Shown: piece after piece, positions 52,510 to 63,700 of the stretch
How the letters are laid out: the number at the start of each line of letters is the position of its first letter
How positions within the stretch are numbered: the stretch's first letter is position 1
DNA from: Eledone cirrhosa
Taxonomy: Eukaryota
Length of the DNA stretch: 64,000 bases
Reading direction: 5' to 3'
Assembly: GCA_964016885.1 (NCBI GenBank)
Contig: OZ024753.1
Span: 14,818,001-14,882,000, forward strand
Notes under the pieces: generated by a model
What the model was told of the DNA's origin: nothing
Database searches by the model: none
The model's input: only the letters and a program-made list of their open reading frames with translations
Translations under genes and position numbers: made by a program

Positions 52510-53247
52510 TTCCTCAGTCGACCTCATCACCCCTTCCTTCCTAAGTCGACCTCATCACCCCTTCCTTCCTAAGTCGACCTCATCACCCCTTCCTTCCTAA
52601 GTCGACCTCATCACCCCTTCCTTCCTAAGTCGACCTCATCACCCCTTCCTTCCTAAGTCGACCTCATCACCCCTTCCTTCCTCAGTCGACCTCATCACCC
52701 CTTCCTTCCTAAGTCGACCTCATCACCCCTTCCTTCCTCAGTCGACGTTATCACCCCTTCCTTCCTCAGTCGACCTCATCACCCCTTCCTTCCTCAGTCG
52801 ACCTCATCACCCCTTCCTTCCTAAGTCGACGTTATCACCCCTTCCTTCCTAAGTCGACGTTATCACCCCTTCCTTCCTAAGTCGACCTCATCACCCCTTC
52901 CTTCCTAAGTCGACCTCATCACCCCTTCCTTCCTCAGTCGACGTTATCACCCCTTCCTTCCTAAGTCGACCTCATCACCCCTTCCTTCCTCAGTCGACGT
53001 TATCACCCCTTCCTTCCTCAGTCGACCTCATCACCCCTTCCTTCCTAAGTCGACCTCATCACCCCTTCCTTCCTAAGTCGACCTCATCACACCTTCCTTC
53101 CTCAGTCGACCTCAGCGCCCCTTCCTTCCTCAATCAATGTTATCGCCCCTTCTTTTCTCAGTCGACGTTATCACCCCTTCCTTCCCCAGTCAACGTTATC
53201 ACCCCTTCTATCCTCAGTCGACGTTATCACCCCTTCCTTCCTCAGTC
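52510..53247. repeat. 28-bp minisatellite, about 26 copies
   Basis: Unit gtcgacSTYatcaccccttccttcctMa. Confidence 0.96.
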
Positions 53248-53372
53248 ATCTCTACTGTGTTCTAGACAAAAACACAAGGCCATTATATCATCATCATCAT
53301 CGTTTAACCTCCATATTAGTATATATATATATATGTGTGTGTGTATATATTTATGTATATATATATATATAT

Positions 53373-53734
53373 AATGTATAATAAACAATACAATATAATT
53401 ACCTCATTACCAGAGGTTTTCCGAATAAGACGAATACAAGAAACGTCTTCATTCATTCGTCAGACAAGGCAATTTAAAACATAGTGAAATATTTGAAAAA
53501 TCTCCTCAAGAAAGGCAAAAGTTTAACGGGCAAAAAAATATATATAAATAAAAGTAATGTTTTTTATTTTTATTTATATATATTTTTTTCTCCTTTCTTG
53601 AGGAGATTTTTCAAATATTTCACTATGTTTTAAATTGCCTTGTCTGACGAACGAATGAGGACGTTTCTTGTATTCGTCTTATTCAGGAAACCTCTGGTAA
53701 TGAGGTAATTATATTGTGTTGTTTATTATACATT
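53373..53734. mobile_element. PLE-like foldback with a hammerhead on each arm (+53633-53710; -53397-53474)
   Basis: aauugccuugu CUGACGA ac gaaugaggacg..cgucuuauuc ag GAAA cc ucu gg UA augagguaauu. Confidence 0.8.
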
Positions 53735-53817
53735 AAATTTAGCTCTGTAACTTACATAGAGCACTCTTCACTCCTATGACTTTTTCAATTTTCAACGGAA
53801 ACTTCAATACTTACTTA

Positions 53818-53858
<41 letters not shown>

Positions 53859-54679
53859 TATATATATATATCTGTATAATTCCTCAGATTTCTGTGAGCA
53901 GTTCCTTTACCTTTCATAGTTTATATCTTCTCTGTCAACTCCACTTACCTAATTGTCTATAACACTTTATACTACATTAATGTAGATCAATAAATATGAC
54001 TATCCACCTGTCTGTCTCTCTATTTCTCTATTTTTCTACCAAATCCACCCATCCACACATCCGCCCATTAATCTACCCAGCCTACCAACCACCCATCCAT
54101 TTATCTATCCATCCATCATCCCTCTACCTTCCTATCCACCTCTCTATCTACCTATCTATCTAAAGATTTACCTACCTACCTACCTACCTACCTACCTACC
54201 TACCTACCTACTTACCCACCTATTTATCTATCTACCTACCTAGCCATCTACCTACTTACCTAGCCATCTACCTACCTACCTATCTATCTATCATACAACA
54301 ACACAGAGGTTCAAACGATCCCTCGTACCAACAGTTTATGGATGTCATTAATATATATATTCACCTTAAAGTTGTACAAATCGCATTTATAAATATGTTG
54401 TATATGTTTACAAATATATCATGCATGGTACACATAAGCCTTACTCAGTTAATACACATCAAAAGTGTTTTTATATGCTGCTTACTGACATCCATACATG
54501 TCCTTACATGCTTAGATAAACTCTATTTAATATGACTCAAATTGATCTCTACCATAACTTCCATGATGAAAGCTAAACACACAAGTCCAATGATAATGGA
54601 ATGTCATGAGGTGGAATAACCAAAATGATTTACATATAGATTTTTCGATTTTTAAGTTAGTCAATTCCTATTGATTTTG

Positions 54680-55340
54680 TTTTCTAAACTCATCTATATG
54701 TCATAGTCTTCACTCACACTAATATTACACATCCAACAGAACATGCCAAATTCATTTATTTCCGAGCTTCACACATTCTCTGAATTCAGTACTACTTATA
54801 CGAGAATCATGTTATCTGTCCTTCTTGGAAAGAGAATCTCTTTACTGCCAGCAGAAACAACTGCACCCATGTTTTCTAAACTCATCTATACTTCACTGTT
54901 CACACAGACACTAATATTACACATTCAAAGGAACATGCCCAATTAATTTTTTCAGTGAACATTCTCTTTTCTGAATGTGTAAACATTCTCTGAATTCAGT
55001 ACTACTTATACAGTTTTCATGTAATCTGTCCTTTTTCTTGGAAAGAGTATCTCTTTATTGCCAGCAGAGACAATTGCACCTTGAACTTTTTCCAACTATA
55101 CCAGCAGCTTTTAACAAGTTGGTTTGTAGAAACTCCTAGCCATGTTCTGTACCATAGATCTGTCACTATCTCTCTCTCCCCATCATAAACATCCAATAGA
55201 ACCTTCCAGAACTTATATTTACTGGAGTGGTAATACAGTCTCCACACATAGCTTGTCTTATGTCTTGGTGTCAATTTAACTATTACTCTGAAAGCTGTCA
55301 AACACCCGGTAGAGGGCAAGAATGTAAGTCAGCAAGAATC
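54680..55340 (-). mobile_element. Old RTE fragment with an about 200-bp tandem duplication
   Basis: WKKFKVQLSLLAIKRYSFQEKG resembles WKKFRELLPLLAAKGFSLKMKG; tgttttctaaactcatctata... is repeated. Confidence 0.65.
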
Positions 55341-56611
55341 AGGGTCCTAGTTCATCTGGGAGGTCAGTACCTCTGCTTCAGTAGTAGATTAGTCTGTCAC
55401 AACCAATCCAGCTTTTGCGAGTAGAGAAAACACATCTTAAATGTGTAGGTGTCACGACAAAAAGTACCCAGGACACACTGTAAATGTGGTTGGCATTAGG
55501 GAGGACAACCAGCCATAGAAAACCAGCTCCAAAACACCCAGCCCACAATGTGTAAAGTGGACATGTAAAAGAAATGACAATAAGCACACAGCACACACTG
55601 TAAATGTGGTTGGCATTACGAAGGGCATCCAGCCGTAGAAAACCAGCCAGAAACTGTCCCATATGAACAAGGCATAGTCACCTGACCCAACCTGCCTCTA
55701 ACTGGGTCAAACCCATCTAACCCATGCTAGCGTGGAAGATAGATGTTAATCGGTGATGATGATGTTGATATATCTATTATTCAATTGAACAAAGTTGGTT
55801 GATCATATAATCTGCCAACTTTTTTAGAAACAGACGTAAACCACTCAACCATTTGTATTCCTTGGGATTTTCTTGGTAAGGTATCAACCGGATTTTCAAT
55901 ATTATGAATAAGAGAGACGGTTTTATTTGTATATCTTTTTATTACATAATTCTGTTATATGTATTTCGAAGATGTCAGAGTGGTTGCATAATAACCTACT
56001 GACATGTTCTCATCAGACAATGTGTGGTTTTAGTTCTCGATATGCTACTGATTTATCAGAGTGTTTACATCACTGTCCAGTAGTCATGTCTACTGGACAG
56101 ATATACATATATATACGTACATGTATATACATGCATATATATATATATATATATGTAAATGTGTATATATATATATATGTATATATATATTATCATCATC
56201 ATTTAATGTCTATCTTCCATGCTAGAATGGGTTAGATGGGTCTGCCCCATTTAGAGGCAAGTTGGGCCAAGTGACCATGTCTCATTAATATAAGACAGTT
56301 TCTGACTGGATACCCTTCCTCACGCTAACCAATCTCTCTCTCTCTCTATATATATATATATACATATATATACAAACTCATGCTTACGCACGTGCTCAAG
56401 TATAGCTCATTTTACAAAACGTTTTTTTTCCCATTTCAGGTAGACGCGCGCTATCATCCACTTTTCTAAAAAAACAAATCATACACAAAACACCAACACC
56501 AACAGTTTTGCAAGAGATGTCAACATGAATGGACCTGTTATTTTTATCTGAAGACATTTTTTTCCAATTCCATCCCGTCCGTCCCTTCAATCTATTTTAT
56601 TTCTCATTCTT

Positions 56612-56647
56612 TCTTCTGATGAAGGACTAGTGTCCGAAACGCTAAGA
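56612..56647 (+). ncRNA. Minimal hammerhead motif with altered cleavage site
   Basis: ucuu CUGAUGA a ggac uagu gucc GAAA cg CU aaga; stem I ucuu/aaga; U16.1 replaced by C. Confidence 0.58.
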
Positions 56648-57532
56648 CCCTCTTCCTGCTATATCAAGCGTTAACCTAATATATACCTTCCATATACTGT
56701 ACCGATTGTGTTGTTATTGCTGTTTACCTTTTACATATATATATATATATATATGACAGGCTTATGCATAGTTTGTGCCTTCCAAGTTTCACTTACAATG
56801 TATTGGTCAATGAAAAATAGAAGACACTTTCCAAGGATATCGTGCAGTGGGACTGAACATGAAACCACATGAGCACAAAGTGACTTCCTTAACTCCATGG
56901 CTATACCAACACTTGGTTGTGTGCAACCATGTTGGAAATTAAATTGTACATTAATGTTTAATTCAAGTTGGAATGAGCTCATCATTGTATTAGTATCTAT
57001 TGGTAAACTAAACCATCCAACTGTTCATCCAGACTCCATCAACCTCCATCCACCTGCACGCATCCATCTGTCCCCTCCCTCCATCCACTCATCTATCCCT
57101 CCCTCCTTCCATACCTCCCTCCATCCACCCATCCAAACCCCCTACCTCCACTCCTCCCTCCATCCACCCTTCCATCCATCCACCCAAACCTATTCCTCCC
57201 TCCCTCCCTCCACCATTCCTCCTTCCACCCAAACCTATTCTTCCCCCTCCACCCCTACCTTCACCCCCCTCTACCCCCCTACCTCTATTCTAAGTAATCT
57301 GAAATGTTAATAACATCTAATATCAAGGAACAACAACAGTGCTCACCCCTATGTGCTGGTGTAAAGTGACTCTATTATGGTATTCATTTATATTTAGACA
57401 GGTTTTGAGATGTCAGCAAAAACATGAGGAGAAAGTCTGACAGCCATGCTACTCTTCCAATATTGGCATTGGTGAAAGCATCACTAACGTACTTTAGTTA
57501 AGTAATTCAAATCACATAGGAGAAGTTTATGG

Positions 57533-57845
57533 AGAGAGAGAGAGAGGGGGGAGAGAGTGTGAGAGAGGCGGGGAGAGAGTGTGAGAGAGATGGGGAGAGA
57601 GTGTGAGAGAGATGGGGAGAGAATGTGAGAGAGATGGGGAGAGAGTGTGAGAGAGATGGGGAGAAAGTGTGAGAGAGATGGGGAGAGAGTGTGAGAGAGA
57701 CGGGGAGAGTGTGAGAGAGACGGGGAGAGTGTGAGAGAGACGGGGAGAGAGTGAGAAAGAGGTGGAGAGGGAGAGTGAGAGAGAGGGAGAGACAGTGAGA
57801 GAGAGAGAGGGGGAGAGACAGTGAGAGAGAGAGGGGGAGTGAGAG
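57533..57845. repeat. GA-rich repeat of about 19-21-bp units
   Basis: ggggagagagtgtgagagaga recurs. Confidence 0.9.
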
Positions 57846-57936
57846 GAATAAGGCTTCCTTCTTTAGAAAATGTTTGTACAGGATGATATGTCAAATGAGA
57901 TGTGAAAAGGATATTAAAATTTACAGTGTGTATGTG

Positions 57937-58000
<64 letters not shown>

Positions 58001-58862
58001 TATATATATCACAGAAAAAAGAGAGAATCAGTGTTGCGACGAATGGAATTTATTGGACATATTACAATCACTTCTCTGGTGACCAGATCGAGGCACGATC
58101 GATGTGATCATCGAACCTGACTCTGAAAATCGCAAGGTCCTCAGATACGTCTTGATTCTATGAAGCAGAGTTTCCTATGAGAGCACCGCATGCTGAAACG
58201 GCCTACCACATACGGATGCTTCAAGCATCCAACACCAATTATATATATATATAGCGTTAGTTTCACTTTTTCTACCTGCTGAAATGCGATTCTCGCTGAA
58301 TTTGTATTTGTATTAATCTCCTGAGTCTTACAATTAACCTTTAATAATTTTATTGGCAGGTTAATTGCATAAGTTTATTTTAAAAACTACCCAGTTGAGT
58401 GCTTATTCGATTTGTGCTATTTATGCAATTTTTTGCATGATATACACATACTGAATTCATTTGCCAAAATCTGGGGTTTTTCCCCTTGTGAATTCCACAT
58501 GTGCTTTTATGCATGTCATTCACAAATTTGGTACAGAGAAAAATACTTGTTGATAACAAGATATTCCTTTTTCGATCATTATACCTAAAGCTTATCATTT
58601 TAAGCAGACAGTATTTTGAGTTAGGTGTCATAGGAACCCTGCATTTAGATTTTAACATCAATTCCAATGGGTACAGGTCTGTGTTTTTTTATCATTTATT
58701 TTGTTTTGACCTGTTTAGCTTGATTTGCTTTTTGGCTTAAGTGGTTGATGCTTTCTTGACCACTTTTTCAGTTTTGTATGGCCTCTTAACATATTGTTTA
58801 GCTCTGGTTTTTTAACTATGGAGCGCTTGCCAACATATTTCTGAATTTTTGCGTTTCGCTGA

Positions 58863-58896
<34 letters not shown>

Positions 58897-58897
<1 letters not shown>

Positions 58898-59320
58898 GTA
58901 GGAGGTGAGTTTTATTGTAGTACAATAAAGCAATGCAGATATCGGATAAGTAGCACTCTACAGTTTGTAGGACTGGAGTATAAATAATATAAGATCAAAA
59001 GATGGTTAAAAGAGTTCCATGTATTTTATTATGCGCATTTCAAAAACAAATATCATCATGAGAGGACATTTGCATTTTCGTCAGATAAAATAGGGATACA
59101 TGATATGAAACTTAAAAAAAAATTATGAATAGTGGAGTTTTAAATCAACATATGTTGATTTAAAACTCCACTATTCATAAGTGTTTTTTAACCTTCATAT
59201 CATGTATCCCTATTTTATCTGACGAAAATGCAAATGTCCTCTCATGATGATATTTGTTTTTGAAATGCGCATAAAAAAATACATGGAACTCTTTTAACCA
59301 TCTTTTAATCTTATATTATA
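58897..59320. mobile_element. PLE-like spacerless foldback with about 168-bp arms and hammerheads on both strands (-59023-59091; +59212-59280)
   Basis: auuuuau CUGACGA aaa u gcaaauguc..gauauuugu u uuu GAAA ugcgca UA auaaaau; centre caacatatgttg; tail on the minus strand with TAGAGTGCT. Confidence 0.85.
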
Positions 59321-59829
59321 TATATATATATATATATATAAGGTAAAAAGATGAAATCGAAAATGCCTTATATATATATAATTATATAAATATATATATC
59401 CATCGGCCTGCCTCGGAAGTCAACAGCCCCACTTCAGTTCTGACTTGGTCTATGTAGACCTGTCCAACCCTTGCTAGCAGGGAAAGTGGATGTTAAATGG
59501 TGAGGGTGATATATATACACACACGAGTATGCATACCATCATTATCATCATCATTTAATGCCTATTTCTCCCTGTTTGCATGGGTTAGTCAGGTCATCCA
59601 TATTATGAGACCAAGTCTGGCCAGTTGGCTACGCCATACCTGGCTCAAACAGAACTGTATTTTGGCTGGGTTGTTTTACAGCTGGATGCCCTTCCTAACA
59701 CCAACCACATTTACATTGGAGGAACCTATATGCATATATGGTGGCTGCCAACTCGTTTTCGAGTACGGCCACTACTTTATATCCATGTAGGAGAACCCCT
59801 ACCGATGCGCTGAACGAGTGTGACTTTTT

Positions 59830-60720
59830 AGTCCAGTCAGCGACTTGAAAACTCTGGTACAAACACTACACTTGTGACAATTATTGACACATAGTGCTGG
59901 GCCCATGGTACCATGTGACGGCAAGTGCAGAGAGATCTCCAGATATAAAGCAATGCCTGTGCCGTGAAGCTTTTATAGTGAGCAAAGGCACTGCACAAAG
60001 CCAGTCCCACTCTCTTAACCAAGATGATATTTACCAAAAAGAAGAACAAGTCAACATCATTGGATACCATCAGGGTTGCAGGTGTTATATCAGAGTTTTC
60101 CTTCTCCTAGAATTCTGCCTTGACAAAGGCTAAGGGGTCATCTCTCCCAGTGATTTTGGATGGCCATTGACTCTTAAGAGCTCCTTTGCCCTTTGACAGG
60201 TTTTGTTTTTAGTCCTGCAGGATGTCCAAAGTCACCCTCCTCACCAAGAAACCTTAGTGGGGTTGCCAGTTTAGTCGCCAACGACCCGACCATGAGACAG
60301 GTTGTACTGGGATACATGTTACCAGTAGCACCAAGTGGTGACCTGACATAAAATGCATATATACATATATGCATATATACATATATACATATGCATATAT
60401 ACATATATGCATATATACATATATACATATGCATATATACATATATATATACATACATGTATACATCCATATATACATACATGTATGATGGTTGCAAACT
60501 CTGCTAAGAGTATTGCAATTGCTTGTCAAATTCAGATGTGTGATGCTCGGATATGGCTTTTCAAGCCTGCTAGAGACTTGCACTCCTTCGCACACTGACG
60601 ATAACTATGGATCTCCCTGGCCTCAAGTCTTGCATCAGGTTGCCTGTGAACCTTCACAATACCATGGAGATCATACCATTTACTGGTTCTCTTTGAACAT
60701 GGCTGCCACTGTAGCTCCTG
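59830..60720 (-). mobile_element. RTE-like 5' region/endonuclease remnant and zinc-finger 3' end
   Basis: Homologous to 11784-11970, 12265-12305 and 37360-37530; [19 protein letters not shown]. Confidence 0.6.
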
Positions 60721-60767
60721 AGACCAGATTTGGTGTATATATATATGTGTATACATACACATATATA

Positions 60768-61308
60768 CAGGGTGGGGCAGAGAGGTTGCCCCGATTTCAA
60801 GGGTTAATAAAAAACAAACACATGATCATAAGAGAAAAAAACTTTGTATTTATAATAAGTACATTACATGCCATTAATTTTCTGTTTCAGGTAGTAACCC
60901 ACCATGGCCTGGAGTGGGATCATCGTACATTTGTTGTGGAAGAGTTTCTGAAGAACGGTGAGTCCATCGTAACGACGCAGCGTTCCTTCCGAAGACACTT
61001 TGCGCTTTGTCGTCATGATCCCGTACCGGATGGAAAAACAATTTGTCTGTGGGTTTCTAACTTTAGACAAACATCATCGGCTTTAAAAAAAGAAATTCTT
61101 GACCGTCCTAGGGCGGTGAACTTTCGAGAGAGACTTCAAAACTGCATCAACATTGGCGGTCATCACTTAAGTGATACAATTTTCAAAACCACTTAAATCA
61201 CAATGGCATATAATGTACTTATTATAAATACAAAGCTTTTTCTCTTATGATCATGTGTTTGTTTTTTATTAACCTTTGAAATTGGGGCAACCTTTATGCC
61301 CCACCCTG
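60768..61308 (+). mobile_element. Internally deleted Tc1/mariner-superfamily transposon
   Basis: TA|cagggtggggca...tgccccaccctg|TA with about 105-bp TIRs; fused transposase N-terminus (HRTFVVEEFLKNGESIVTTQRSFRRHF..VPDGKTICLWVSNFRQT) and C-terminus (NFRERLQNCINIGGHHL). Confidence 0.92.
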
Positions 61309-61739
61309 TACGTTCTATCTTAGTGCATTACCACTTCAGTGGCATCAGTTCATATTTGCACCAAGACTCTGCTTGGTTTGTAACAATTTGTTTTTCTAAT
61401 TCATATAAAAATAAACACTAGGACAATCGAGGAAATTTGTACAATACAGACCATATTAGGTTAGTAATTCCAATTATCAAAAATATAGCAAATAATATAC
61501 GAGGTGTTTAATGTATATGTTAAACTATATAAGGTATATGAAGAAAATTATAGGAAGTATATAGTATATAAAGGGGGTGTTTTTTTACAAAATGGTTGTG
61601 CTGGAGTTTAAGAGGATGATATGAAGAAAATATGTAATGGTGTTTTTTATACTGCTTATAAAAACTATAGTGAAGTAAAAATGCACAAATATTCTACTAT
61701 AAGAGGTGTTTAAAGTATATTAATAAGAGTCTATATAAA

Positions 61740-61927
61740 TAATTGTTTCTACTTTAGGCACATGGCCAGCAATTACCCAGTTCATTACTGGTACTTTATT
61801 TTATCGACCCCGTAAGGATGAAAGGCAAAGTCAACCTCGGCGGGATTTGAACTCAGATCGTAAAGGGACGTAACTATGCTGGAAAGCATGGCGTCCGCCC
61901 CTCTACCGATACTGACAATCCACCGCC
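61740..61927 (-). mobile_element. SINE family A with 18-bp TSD
   Basis: agagtctatataaataat on both sides. Confidence 0.9.
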
Positions 61928-62761
61928 AGAGTCTATATAAATAATCATCATCATCTTCATTTAAACATTGCTTTCCCATGCTAGCAAGGGTGTATGAAGA
62001 AACTGAGAGGAAGTGTTGTTAATTCTTAGGAATGAGGTTTTTATTTTTGAACAAAATATCATAGCTGTGCTGGAATTGAAGGAAGGGATATGAAGGAAAT
62101 ATATAATGCTATTGTTTTTTGAGGAAAAAAAGTATGATATAACTAGCTAAGAAATTGAAGAGGTGGTGACATACAGACAAGACATTACCAATTTTTAAGA
62201 AGGATCTACATTAGAGAAATAAGAGTCTCCAAATTGAACAGAACTAGATTGCAGATGACATGTAGTAAGCTGAACTCTGTATAGGAATGTTTTTATTTCT
62301 GAAAAAAGCATGAAAGCAGAGTATGTAGAGGGGTGGAAAAAGAAAGGTTTGAACCTACATTGAAGGGTGTTATGGGGAACGTGTTGCAGAGAAACTTACC
62401 TGAATACTCTAATGTTTCAAGACAGCAGTGATGAAGGCAAGAGATAAAGAAATAGAGAAGGACAGAAGAAAGATTGAGAGAGTGGACAGAACAGAATAGA
62501 TATGTATGAAGTTCAAGGGAGCAGTTTGTTCTGAGAGAGAGATTGGTTCAAACAAAAAATTAACAAAAAAACACACATTTGTTTAGATTTAACATAAAAA
62601 CATTGTTACATTTAATTAAAACATAAACAAAATAATAACATATACATGCATATTGAATATATAACAAAAAAAACAATAATACACAAACATACAAACACCG
62701 TTAAACTAATATATTTCTTCAATGTAGTGTGTTGTTTGCTTTGCTATTTCTGTTTATGTTT

Positions 62762-62794
<33 letters not shown>

Positions 62795-62795
<1 letters not shown>

Positions 62796-62985
62796 CATCA
62801 TCATCATTTTACGTCCGCTTTTCCCTGCTTGCAAGGGTCGGACGGGTCTTATTCAGCACAGCATCTCTCCACTCGTCACGGTCCCTCGTCATCTCCACCG
62901 TGAGCTTCAATGATCTGAGGTCTGTTCTCACCACCTCCGCCCATGTTTTTCGTGGTCTACCTCTACCACGTCTTCCTTCAACTGA
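62795..62985 (-). mobile_element. RTE family 1, extreme 3' fragment
   Basis: Nearly identical to the reverse complement of 26745-26930. Confidence 0.92.
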
Positions 62986-63129
62986 TATATATATATATAT
63001 ATATATATATCAGTTCAGATCTAGCTGTTGAAATGGCTGGAGCTTAGCCATCGGGGTCCTGACTCTTTTCCTATATATATATATATATAGAAGGAACAAG
63101 AGGCTGGCTGTGTGGTTGATAAAGTGTAT

Positions 63130-63270
63130 TTAGAAATAAAAGGAAAGCACAAACAAGGGACAGTCCCCTCTTCAGTTGTCTGCTGGGGATCTCGGACATG
63201 TCAACACACCGAGACCCTCAGCAGACAACTGTAGAGGGAACTTGTCCCTTGTTTGTGCTTTCATTTTATT

Positions 63271-63273
<3 letters not shown>
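63130..63273. repeat. Foldback with about 65-bp arms and a one-sided tail, between (TA)n tracts
   Basis: gaaagcacaaacaagggaca..gttgtctgctg..tctcgg / ccgaga..cagcagacaac..tgtcccttgtttgtgctttc. Confidence 0.8.
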
Positions 63274-63308
<35 letters not shown>

Positions 63309-63311
<3 letters not shown>

Positions 63312-63657
63312 TCATCATCACCGTTTTACGTCCGTTCTTCCACGCTAGCATGGGTTAGACGGGTTGTCCTGTTGTGGGCAGTGTCTGGTCGGCTGACCAT
63401 GCCTTGCTCATACAGGAACTGATTTGGCTTGATTTCTACAGCTGGATGCCCTTCCTAACACCAACCTCATTTACAGTGAGTGCTGGGTGCTTTTTCGTGG
63501 TGCCTACACGTCCACTTTACAGTGTGGGCTGGGTGCTTTTTTGCCGTAGCACCTCCACGATCACCTTGCGTTGGGGGTGTGTGGGGGCATATTGTCTATA
63601 TGCTTCAGCTTGTACCCATGGGAGGTCGGGTACTCTGTATTACGGGAGATCGGGTAC

Positions 63658-63662
<5 letters not shown>
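63309..63662 (-). mobile_element. RTE family 2 3'-UTR fragment
   Basis: Homologous to 21207-21536. Confidence 0.88.

Positions 63663-63700
<38 letters not shown>

Noticed and set aside
58010-58865. Unclassified unique-looking sequence with a 95-aa minus ORF and a faint hammerhead-like motif near 58160-58205
   Set aside because: No recognisable protein motif and the ribozyme core is incomplete.
60262-60345. HDV-like ribozyme at a putative RTE 5' end (also 11784-11870)
   Set aside because: P2-, P3/L3- and P4-like elements can be drawn, but I could not find a P1 3' strand.
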